From NCBI RefSeq assembly GCF_000734015.1, contig NZ_CP008796.1, positions 750,001 to 782,000 on the forward strand: a DNA stretch of 32,000 nucleotides, in the 5' to 3' direction. Below are positions 1 to 8,082 of the stretch, in pieces. Every line of letters begins with the position of its first letter. Positions within the stretch are counted from its first letter, which is position 1. Both the position numbers and the translations under genes were made by a program. This stretch comes from Thermodesulfobacterium commune DSM 2178 (GTDB lineage: Bacteria; Desulfobacterota; Thermodesulfobacteria; Thermodesulfobacteriales; Thermodesulfobacteriaceae). The notes under the pieces are model-generated. The model was not told the DNA's origin, made no database searches, and saw only the letters and a program-made list of their open reading frames with translations.

Positions 1-125
1 GCATCCGAATAGATAGCCACAGACTTGGTAATAAGATAAGCAAAAATCTTTATTAAAAAGATTAAGACAGCCAGACCTAAGCTTATAAGAGAAACTTTTG
101 TGCCCTGAAAACCTTTAAGTTCCAT
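1..125 (-). CDS. Cation-diffusion-facilitator-like transporter, 5' end only (gene runs off the window start)
   Basis: Minus-strand ATG at 125-123, then MELKGFQGTKVSLISLGLAVLIFLIKIFAYLITKSVAIYSDA. This is a TM helix ending in the S-x-A-I-x-SDA pattern typical of CDF TM1. Absent from the ORF track because it is truncated by the window edge. Confidence 0.4.
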   Translation of the reverse strand, partial: MELKGFQGTKVSLISLGLAVLIFLIKIFAYLITKSVAIYSD

Positions 126-208
126 CGTTTTCTAATTTTATCACAGCGACAAAAGTTTGAAAAGAATTAGGGCTTGACAACCGAGGATATCGTTTAAAAA
201 TAAAGGGT

Positions 209-946
209 ATGTTTAAAGTTTTTTTATCTCCAGGCAGCAAGGGTTGTCAAAAGGCAAGAGATCTTAAGGCTATAGCAGTGGTAGTAGATGCTCTAAGAGC
301 AAGTGCTACTATAGTAACTTTGTTAGAAAAAGGGGTAGAAACTATCTTTGTGGTTTCAGAGGTAGAAGATGCCTGGGCATTAAAAAGAGAGTTACCCCAG
401 GCTATGTTAGTAGGAGAAAGAAACAACCTTATAATAGAGGGTTTTGACTACAGTAACAGTCCTTCAGAGATATTTTCTGCTTCTAACTTAAAGGGTAGGT
501 TAGTTATTTTTACCTCAACTTCTGGAGCAAGGAGAATCCTTGCTTGCAAAGGAGCTACCAGGGTATTTGTGGGAACTACCTTGAACGCAGAAGCCTTATC
601 TGCGGTTTTAAGAGAGGAAAGCCAAAAACATCAAAAAGATATTGTTATAATTCCTGCAGGGGTATATGGAAAAGAAGAGTTTTCAGAGGAAGATGTGGTA
701 GCTTCCTGGGAAATAGCTAAAAGGATAGGATTTAAAGTGATAGATGAGACAGGTTTTTTAACAGAAGAGGTCAAAAACCGTACAGTAGAAGAAAATTTTT
801 ATTTATCTAAGCATGCTAAAGAATTAATAGAACTTGGTCTAGAAAAAGATGTTAAATTTTGTGCTCAAGTAGGAGTAGCTAAAACCATCCCAGAGGTTTT
901 TCAGTTTATAGAAAAAGCAGCATTAGTCAAAAATCGTCTATCATAG
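209..946 (+). CDS. comB: 2-phosphosulfolactate phosphatase family protein (ComB-like)
   Basis: 245 aa. Has VVVDALRASATIV and GERNNLIIEGFDYSNSPSE, matching the ComB-family signatures (V-D-x-LRA-T/S and GER...GFD-x-xNSP). Confidence 0.7.
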   Translation: MFKVFLSPGSKGCQKARDLKAIAVVVDALRASATIVTLLEKGVETIFVVSEVEDAWALKRELPQAMLVGERNNLIIEGFDYSNSPSEIFSASNLKGRLVIFTSTSGARRILACKGATRVFVGTTLNAEALSAVLREESQKHQKDIVIIPAGVYGKEEFSEEDVVASWEIAKRIGFKVIDETGFLTEEVKNRTVEENFYLSKHAKELIELGLEKDVKFCAQVGVAKTIPEVFQFIEKAALVKNRLS

Positions 947-1333
947 AAAAGGCTTGATGATATCTCTTAGGGTTATGATACCTACAACTTCATCTCCTCT
1001 GGTTACAGGAAGTCTGATCAATCCTGTCATTTCCATAAGTTTCGCAGCATATTTGATGTCATAAAATTCAGGTACAGTTATACAGGGTTTGGTCATTATT
1101 TCTAAAACTTTGACCTTTTCTAAAGGTAACCCTTTAGCTATTACTTTGTAGACTATATCTTTAACTGTGATGATTCCATAAGCATCTTCTTCGTCTGTTT
1201 TTTCTACCACCAATCCTCTACAACCATTTTTTATCATAAAATCTGCCGCTTCTTTAACTGTGGCATTTCCGTTGATGGTAAACACAGGGGTACTCATAAC
1301 ATCTTTAACCCTGATTTTTTCAATCTCTATCAT
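941..1333 (-). CDS. CBS-domain pair protein
   Basis: 130 aa with two CBS-like halves (VKDVMSTPVFTI...GCRGLVV...GIITVKDIV and VLEIMTKPCITV...IRLPVT...VGIITLRDII). Confidence 0.8.
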   Translation of the reverse strand: MIEIEKIRVKDVMSTPVFTINGNATVKEAADFMIKNGCRGLVVEKTDEEDAYGIITVKDIVYKVIAKGLPLEKVKVLEIMTKPCITVPEFYDIKYAAKLMEMTGLIRLPVTRGDEVVGIITLRDIIKPFL

Positions 1334-1559
1334 AGCCCTTCACCCTTTAATTTTTTGCCTCTATTATAATAAAAAATTAAAGCACAGTCAAGGTAACCTG
1401 CTTTTTTAAGTTTAATAATCTTCAAATTAAACCCATAGAGGCTGAATTAGGTTGTCAGATATTATATAAAAATTATTTTAGGATTTCGTTAGCCATAGCA
1501 TTCCCAAGTTTCTCAGCTGCTTTTAAATAACACTCTTCAATAATAGATTTGTATATCTG

Positions 1560-2890
1560 ACACTTGTCAAGAGAATTGTGTCTCCTTATAAAATCTCTTT
1601 ACAAACATTTGCCTCAATTCGTATAAAGCAGACTTAATTAAAGGAAGTGGTTTTTGCCATCTCGTTTTCTGAATCCGACTTACTGTTATGTATATCGCAA
1701 CCTCTGCTGTCTTGATTGATTGAAAATATCCCCCTGTATTTACCCTTATCAGCTCTATCCTGCTATTTATATTCTCAACCACATTCGTCGTGTATATATA
1801 CCTCCTCACCCCCTCAGGATATTTCTTATAAACAAAATAATGCTCCTTCTTTTTCAAAAGTCCCTTTATATAAGCTGGATACTTCTTCTCATAACTCTTA
1901 CATAATTCCTCAAATCTATTTAAGGCCCTCTCATACTCCTCTATCCTCTTTATAATGCTTAACTCCTCATAAAATTTTTTAGCATCCTGCTTAGACATGT
2001 TCCTGTTGATGTTCCTTTGCATGTGTACAAAACAAAGCTGATGATCTGTCTCAGGAAAGAGGGCTTTTATGGCTTGAGTAAGGCCAGGAAAATCATCACT
2101 CACTATTACCATAACCCTCTTAACTCCCCTCTTTATCAAATCATTAAGTATCTGGAGCCAGTCCTCCTTCGTCTCTGAATCAAAATAAATGTAATAAGAA
2201 AGTAAATTTTTTCTTCCCTCCATATCTATCCCGATGATATTATAAATAACTGCTTTTCTGATTCTGTTGGCTTCGGTATCTTTTATCTGAGTATGATAAG
2301 CGTCTATAAACATAGCAAACAAATTTTCTGGCAATTCTTTGGTTTTTAATTCTTTGGCTTGGTTATACAATTCTTCTTTAATTTCTTCTATTTGTTCTGG
2401 GGAGTAGGGGAGTTTCATAGATTGCAAGAGGGCTTTGATTTTATTGGGGGAGTAGCTTTGGAGAACGAGGTTAAGGATAAAGTCCTGGAAGGATTCATCA
2501 GCTTTTTGCCATTCAGGAGGAAGAATAGCAGGTCTGAATTCAGATTTTCTATCTCTTGGGACAGAGATACCAAGGTTACCTAAGAAACAGGCAAGTTGTC
2601 TTTCATAGTAACCATTAGCTTTATTATCAATACTATCTCTAAGGAATATTTCTCTTTCTTTTTTCATGAGAGCGTTTAAGAGGAGTGCAGCAGCCATTTT
2701 GATACCCTCTTTTGATTCAATTTTTGAGATTTCACTTAAAACTTTTTCTAAATCTAAGTCTAAGTTTTCCATTTTACAGACCTCCTGGTTAGTTTAGTCT
2801 TTTAGGTTTTATGTTATCATTAATTTAAAAAATATTAAAAATTTTTATTATGCCTCTAAAATATTTTATTAAAAGACACAATTTATATTC
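1560..2890 (-). mobile_element. IS256-family insertion sequence (ends approximate)
   Basis: Single 401-aa mutator-type transposase ORF. Imperfect terminal inverted repeats share the core AATTGTGTCT (1574-1583, and its reverse complement at 2874-2883) followed by TTA(A)TAAAAT. I recall an AATTGTGT core in the IS256 IR. No target-site duplication could be seen. Confidence 0.65.
1567..2772 (-). CDS. IS256-family (mutator-type) DDE transposase
   Basis: 401 aa. Family-typical stretches: GYYERQL...ISVPRDRKSEFRPAILP, FIDAYHTQIKD, VMVIVSDDFPGLTQAIKALFPETDHQLCFVHMQRN, TTNVVENINSRI. Confidence 0.9.
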   Translation of the reverse strand: MENLDLDLEKVLSEISKIESKEGIKMAAALLLNALMKKEREIFLRDSIDNKANGYYERQLACFLGNLGISVPRDRKSEFRPAILPPEWQKADESFQDFILNLVLQSYSPNKIKALLQSMKLPYSPEQIEEIKEELYNQAKELKTKELPENLFAMFIDAYHTQIKDTEANRIRKAVIYNIIGIDMEGRKNLLSYYIYFDSETKEDWLQILNDLIKRGVKRVMVIVSDDFPGLTQAIKALFPETDHQLCFVHMQRNINRNMSKQDAKKFYEELSIIKRIEEYERALNRFEELCKSYEKKYPAYIKGLLKKKEHYFVYKKYPEGVRRYIYTTNVVENINSRIELIRVNTGGYFQSIKTAEVAIYITVSRIQKTRWQKPLPLIKSALYELRQMFVKRFYKETQFS

Positions 2891-3368
2891 TACTCCCGTA
2901 TATCTCAGGAGAAATATAATTGACAGATTTCACCGTGCCTTCACCAAGGATTAATTTTTCTTGCACTCCACCCTTTAAAACTCCTTCGATTTTACACTCC
3001 CATATAATTGTGTTTTTAGAAAAAGTAAGAAGTTCTCTCCAAAAAGATTGACCTATGGTCGGTTTTGTGGGTATAAACTCATATGTAATTTCCTTTCCTG
3101 GGGTTTGAGCCGCGTTGTTTACTACTAAATATCCAGGGACCCTTTTTTGAAGTTCTGGTACTATAAACTCACTGATTTCTCCTTTATAGATATATCTGCC
3201 TCGGCTGTGTTCTACAGGATGTTGATAAACAAGTATAACCTTTGTTGCCCGTTCTGAATTGACAATTTTTACCTGCTCCCCAAGGTAATTAAGCTTAAAT
3301 TCCTTAGGGGTACAAACAAATAAGAAAACTGAGAAAAGAAGAAGCTCTATTTTTACAGATTTTTTCAT
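2883..3368 (-). CDS. Secreted or lipoprotein-like hypothetical protein
   Basis: The ORF-track start is 3386, but a GGAGGG Shine-Dalgarno lies 6 nt upstream of the ATG at 3368 (MKKSVKIELLLFSVFLFVC...). Has an N-terminal signal peptide. No recognisable family. Its stop codon overlaps the IS256 inverted-repeat core. Confidence 0.5.
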   Translation of the reverse strand: MKKSVKIELLLFSVFLFVCTPKEFKLNYLGEQVKIVNSERATKVILVYQHPVEHSRGRYIYKGEISEFIVPELQKRVPGYLVVNNAAQTPGKEITYEFIPTKPTIGQSFWRELLTFSKNTIIWECKIEGVLKGGVQEKLILGEGTVKSVNYISPEIYGSRI

Positions 3369-3498
3369 AATATCCCTCCAACCCAATTTTATACATAAAA
3401 TTCAAGCTCTTTATCCATCAATACGTTTATTTTCAATAATTACCACTTCATAGTAATAAACAGGTTAAATGTTCCTCACTTGTTCAATGATATGTTTT

Positions 3499-4261
3499 TT
3501 AGAAAAAGTTAGCTATTAAAACAGAGGTTTTATCTACTACTTCTTTAGCAGCTATCTCTTTTTTAAGGTTGGTTTGGGTAGCTGTTACCGCTAACTTAGT
3601 TCTATAGGTTTGATAGTTGGTAGTGATAGCTTGTTCTGTCTTGATAGTGGTAGATGTTCCTTGTTTAAGGTTAGAGGTTATTACACCTACAACCGGGTTT
3701 TCTGTTTTTTCCATGATCTGTATTTTCACAACTCCAGCAAAGGTTTCTATTTTGAGAGCTGAACCTATTAAAGCACCGCCAACATATCCAACTCCTGCAC
3801 CGATGGCTGCTAATATCAAAGCATCAACGTCTCTTCCACCTGCAATACCACCTGCCAATCCACCTGCTACGGCCCCGGTCAAAGCCACCATCTTTGGCTG
3901 CTGTTTTTCTGTAATAATCAAAATAAACTACGTTTACCTGAAGTATGTAATCAGCAATGCTTGGATCCTGAACTACATTATACCCTTTGGCTTGAAGTTT
4001 CTGCTCTATCGCATTTTTATATAAACTTGTGTCTATTTCTTGAAGTTGAGAGGTATTTCTGACATCTACAAAAATATTTTTATATTTGGCTCTTTTGGTT
4101 ACATCAAGAAAAATGGTATCTGTCATTTTATAGTTAGTGTAGAGTTCACGATATTCAATAGCTTCAGGCAAAGTAGCACAACCAAAAAGTTGAAGAGAAA
4201 GTGCACCAATTGTGGCAAAAGTTGCGACTTTTTTGGTAACTTTGCTTTTTAATATTGACAT
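3499..4261 (-). pseudogene. traT: TraT-family outer-membrane lipoprotein gene split by a frameshift
   Basis: Two overlapping ORFs (3824-4261 and 3499-3921) together align along the whole TraT protein. The N-terminal part has the lipobox LFGC, then ...KMTDTIFLD...VRNTS...AKGYNVV...YILQVNV. The C-terminal part has a Gly/Ala-rich segment, then ...IQIMEKT...LKQGTS...YQTYRTKLAVTA...LIANFF. The frame change maps at or near the A5 run (T5 on the + strand, 3904-3908). Confidence 0.7.
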
Positions 4262-4552
4262 ATATATCCTTCTTTTTTATTTTTTAAAAAAATTTTTAAA
4301 ATATTTTTTATAAATGCAAATATAATTTTTGAATTTAAACTTACTTATAGATGATAAATTTTAATTTCTTGTGAAATTTTTAAATAAAAGTATATTTTTA
4401 AATATTTTATTAATTTTCAGTAACTTAACATAAACGAGTAAGGTTAAAATTGAGAGATTTTTGTGGTCTCATGGCATCCTTTTATGTTTTGAAGTTTTCT
4501 TCTGAGTAACATTATAAATTTCTGCAGACAATTTTGGGTAAGGTTGGGTCAA

Positions 4553-4580
4553 TTGAAAAAATCGTAATCTGTTTTATAAT
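4553..4580 (+). promoter_or_regulatory. Sigma-70-type promoter candidate for ssrA
   Basis: TTGAAA (4553-4558), 16-nt spacer, TATAAT (4575-4580), about 25 nt upstream of the mature tmRNA 5' end. This fits a short precursor leader removed by RNase P. Confidence 0.4.
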
Positions 4581-4604
4581 TTATTTAAAGTTCTTTGAAA
4601 ATAT

Positions 4605-4959
4605 GGGGGCGAAAAGGGCTCGACGGGGATAGGTAGGATTAAACAGCAGGCCGTGGTCGCACCCAACCACGTTAAATAGGGTGCAAAAACACAACTGCCA
4701 ACGAATACGCCTACGCTTTGGCAGCCTAAGCGTGCTGCCACGCACCTTTAGACCTTGCCTGTGGGTCTAAAGGTGTGTGACCTAACAGGCTTTGGGAGGC
4801 TTAATCGGTGGGGTTAAGCCTCCCGAGATTACATCCCACCTGGTAGGGTTGCTTGGTGCCTGTGACAAGCACCCTACGAGATTTTCCCACAGGCTAAGCC
4901 TGTAGCGGTTTAATCTGAACTATCTCCGGACGCGGGTTCGATTCCCGCCGCCTCCACCA
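4605..4959 (+). ncRNA. ssrA: tmRNA (SsrA), one-piece, CCA encoded
   Basis: The 5' GGGGGCG pairs with the 3' CGCCTCC and includes a G3:U pair. The T-arm is GGGTTCGATTCCC and the RNA ends in ACCA. The tag ORF GCC AAC GAA TAC GCC TAC GCT TTG GCA GCC TAA (4697-4729) encodes ANEYAYALAA. Confidence 0.95.
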
Positions 4960-5359
4960 AATTTTCTTTTTGATACCTTTTTTACCTACAACTTTTTCTT
5001 TTTCAAATTCCCCTGTTTTTAAAATCATTACCCCATATCCTCTTTTAACCTACCAGATATGGGCTCTCCCTATAAGCATAACAAGGATAGGTTGAATAAA
5101 TTGCCAACAACTGTAACCTCTATTTGAACCAGGTAAGGGTATAAGCTGGTCCAGTAAGGTTTTTATTCTAAAAATTTTTGTCATTAACGAGGCCTAACAA
5201 GGGTTCAGGTTAGTTTTTAGGATTTTGAAGGTAAGAGAGTTTTACGGCATAATAGCATCCTCTTAGGTTTAGGGAATTTTCACCTAATGGGTGATATTAT
5301 AAGAGTAAGTGGAAAAGGGAGAAAATCATGAATGATTGTAAGTTCCTGTCGGAAAATTT
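4960..5359 (-). mobile_element. Decayed, truncated IS1380-family copy (one terminal repeat plus 5' transposase remnant), inverted relative to the copy at 18703-19591
   Basis: The reverse complement of about 5040-5359 aligns base-for-base with 18703-19020, roughly four-fifths identical by eye. Example: ATATCACCCAT(T/C)AGGTGAAAA and CCTGGTTCAAA(T/C)AGAGG. The terminal repeat ends at 5359 (AAGTTCCTGTCGGAAAATTT). The transposase start ATG (5250-5248) is followed by premature stops (ATG CCG TAA). The inner side is truncated near the tmRNA 3' end. Confidence 0.6.
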
Positions 5360-5406
5360 ATAGGTTTTTATTGGCTATTTGTCTGAGAACCTACAAAAAC
5401 AAAAAC

Positions 5407-8064
5407 TTATTCCTCTTTCCATTCTTCTATTTGTGCACCAATTTGCTTAAGGGTTTCTTTTACTCTGAGATTAAGAGTGTTTTTATCAAAACCTTGCTCT
5501 GAATCTGAGACTGCCTTAATCTCTATTGAAATCTCCAGTGAAGATGCTTCTCCTTTTAGTGGTCCTATTACACCGCTTATAATATTAGAAATCTTATCCC
5601 ATGAAACATTGAATTTCAGTTTGAGATTTTTAATATTTTTTTCTTTTTTGCCAACTGGTTCATCTTTGATTTGATCATCCTTTCCCCCTACCACAATTTC
5701 AGGAGAAGTAACTATTTCTGCAGGTTCAGTTACATTTTGTTTTTTTCTTTGATTTTCTTTAAATTCCTTTGCAATTTCTTCTCTTAATACGACCCAGTCC
5801 ATAGCTGGAGTGACATCTTCACAATAATAAACTTCTGTGTCTTCTTTTACACCAACAATTCCCCTTTTTACTCCATCCTTTATTGCATTAACCAAAACTG
5901 ATTCATTTTCAAGAATTGGCATCCCAGGAGTTTTTAAAGAAAGTTCGTAAATATCTCTTAACAGTTTTTCATTTTCTTCCTTCGCGAATGTTTTCTCTAT
6001 GATGTATTTTGGGGTTATACGGTCTAATATTTTTTCTTGATCTTTAAGATATTGCCTGACTCTCTCAGCAATAGTCTCGCTGCTTCCAACAGTTGGAATA
6101 CCAAGGTCTTTAAATAAAAGACCTTGTTTATCTAACCATGCAAGATGTCTGTATGTGGAGATGATTTTAAAAGGTAAATCCTTTTCCAAATCTTTAATTT
6201 TCTGTTTTAATTCATTCACATTTTCCTGCGTTAATGTATTTAAAAGTGTTTTATCGCTTTGAATGCTTCTTAAAGCAAGCAATCGCCTGATTGTTTTAGT
6301 TAGAGCTGAATATCCATTGTTATCCATACAAATAACAAAAACTGTATTTCTATATACTCTAAATCCTGCACCTGCTTTATCAAACAACTCTGAAACAAAC
6401 TCATTCGTAATTGTAGAACCATAGAAAAACTTGGCTGAAAGTACAACGAGCTTGAGAGCTTTATTGTCTGGAATATCTGAAGAACTTTCTGGCCAGACAT
6501 AGACCTCCATACTACTGCCTGCATACTTCTGGATAAACTTTTTTATTTCCTCCTGAACGTTCTCTTCTGATATAGTCTCTTCTCTGTCCACAATGACACG
6601 ATTAAGATTCGGCCTGTTAAGGAATGCATACTGTTTACCTTCAGAGTGAAAAAACCAGAGTTGTTCTTCAAGCTTACTCACTGCATCTCCAAGTATAGTT
6701 GTTGGAATACCTTCCCTTAAAAGTGCTACACGAAGTCTTGGCAAAGTAGTTCCCTTTCTTTCACCACCACTAAAAGAATATAGAAATACACTTGTAGCAA
6801 TGCCTGTGGCAATTTTATATTTTTCGTATTCACTGCCCATCTCTTTATCTATCTTAGTTGCTTTCTCTAATATATCTGAAGCTATAACACTTTCATACTC
6901 ATTACCAATGTGTTTTACAAATTCTCTTCTTATAGATGGGTTTTGAAGATTTACCAGTGAAGACTGGATTAAAGGTGAGGCAACTTTTCTCTTGTAAAGA
7001 TCAGATACAACTTCAGCCAAAAGCCTCAGAACGCCTCTTGTTCTTTGAAATGTTGGGAAAGACCCCCATCTCTCATATAGAACATCAATGATTTCTGGAT
7101 GAAATGGATAGGCATGTTCAATTTTTTCTCTATATTCCAAAGACTTTACTTCAGGAGGAACATCTGTACCAAGCCTTTGATAAAGGTCAAAGTAGTATTG
7201 AGAAACTTCCTTTATTGATTTATCGTCTCCTATATCGTCAAACAGCCTTTTACGGATTACCTCATAAATTTCTACTCCTTCAACTGGCGTGTAGATTGAT
7301 TCAACTCTGCCATAGACATTCTGCAGTTGAGTGAGTGTTTTTTCTGCATACTCATCATAGGTTTCAAGAATGCTTGCTGGCAGGGTAATTACAAGGCAGG
7401 AGTTTTTAGATGATGCAACAACCTCTGTAATCTCCTGAAGAAATGCAAGAGTCTGTCCATGAGTTATTTTTTCAGTTTTTTCTACCTGACTGGCTTTAAC
7501 AATGTATTCAAGCAGTTCATCAATAAGTATTAGTGTTGGACCTGAGTTGTCTATAATTTCTCTTAGTTTTTCTTTTCCTGGTGAAACTCTTTTTCTGTCA
7601 TGCTCTGCTATTGTCTCGTATTTTCCTAACTGATGAGCAATTTCACCCCAAGGGGTTCTTCCCTGCAGGGCATCTGCCTGAGTTCCAACAAAAACAGCCA
7701 CTCTGGCATTTGAAGGCACTTTTATTCCTTCAAGCTGGGGTAAATGTTTAATTTTTTCAAAATTTTTTACTGTGTGATACAGTGTTACAAGGGCATGGGT
7801 TTTACCACCGCCAAAAGGTGTTTGAAGTTGAATCACAGGGTCTGATTTGCCACCACTTAGGCGAACTACTACATTGTTAACCAAATTTTTTAATCCCTGA
7901 GTTAAATAGGTTTTTTGAAAAAAAGTAACAGCATCGCTGTATTCTAAAGGTGCATTTCCTTTCACTACATCCCCTAAATCAGCAGCAAATAATGCCTCAC
8001 TTAATTTACCCTCTCTTATGTCTTTATGTGGCGTTGCTACCTGCCACCAGCTTGGCAGAGCCAT
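5407..8064 (-). CDS. DUF499-type P-loop ATPase (third gene of the helicase-methylase-ATPase cassette)
   Basis: 885 aa. N-terminal WWQVATPHKDIREGKLSEALFAADLGDVV. Walker A is PFGGGKTHA (7791-7818) and Walker B is TLILIDELL (7510-7536). An AGGAGGG RBS sits in the 18-nt gap after the upstream gene. Confidence 0.85.
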   Translation of the reverse strand: MALPSWWQVATPHKDIREGKLSEALFAADLGDVVKGNAPLEYSDAVTFFQKTYLTQGLKNLVNNVVVRLSGGKSDPVIQLQTPFGGGKTHALVTLYHTVKNFEKIKHLPQLEGIKVPSNARVAVFVGTQADALQGRTPWGEIAHQLGKYETIAEHDRKRVSPGKEKLREIIDNSGPTLILIDELLEYIVKASQVEKTEKITHGQTLAFLQEITEVVASSKNSCLVITLPASILETYDEYAEKTLTQLQNVYGRVESIYTPVEGVEIYEVIRKRLFDDIGDDKSIKEVSQYYFDLYQRLGTDVPPEVKSLEYREKIEHAYPFHPEIIDVLYERWGSFPTFQRTRGVLRLLAEVVSDLYKRKVASPLIQSSLVNLQNPSIRREFVKHIGNEYESVIASDILEKATKIDKEMGSEYEKYKIATGIATSVFLYSFSGGERKGTTLPRLRVALLREGIPTTILGDAVSKLEEQLWFFHSEGKQYAFLNRPNLNRVIVDREETISEENVQEEIKKFIQKYAGSSMEVYVWPESSSDIPDNKALKLVVLSAKFFYGSTITNEFVSELFDKAGAGFRVYRNTVFVICMDNNGYSALTKTIRRLLALRSIQSDKTLLNTLTQENVNELKQKIKDLEKDLPFKIISTYRHLAWLDKQGLLFKDLGIPTVGSSETIAERVRQYLKDQEKILDRITPKYIIEKTFAKEENEKLLRDIYELSLKTPGMPILENESVLVNAIKDGVKRGIVGVKEDTEVYYCEDVTPAMDWVVLREEIAKEFKENQRKKQNVTEPAEIVTSPEIVVGGKDDQIKDEPVGKKEKNIKNLKLKFNVSWDKISNIISGVIGPLKGEASSLEISIEIKAVSDSEQGFDKNTLNLRVKETLKQIGAQIEEWKEE

Positions 8065-8082
8065 GTTGCCCTCCTGTATTGT

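Noticed and set aside
1716-2583. Plus-strand ORFs 1716-1955, 1720-1905 and 2359-2583 inside the IS256-family transposase gene
   Set aside because: They are antisense to a full-length transposase ORF, have low-complexity translations and show no motifs.
3617-4024. Plus-strand ORF of 135 aa with a Pro/Ala-rich run, antisense to the TraT-like gene
   Set aside because: The P/A-rich stretch is simply the reverse-complement reading of the Gly/Ala-rich hinge of TraT. There is no independent coding evidence.
4262-4552. About 290 bp of extremely AT-rich, low-complexity intergenic DNA, considered as a CRISPR leader or array, a replication origin or a degenerate repeat array
   Set aside because: No regularly spaced direct repeats, no DnaA-box-like clusters and no cas genes could be seen. 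The simplest reading is the divergent promoter region between the traT-like gene and ssrA.
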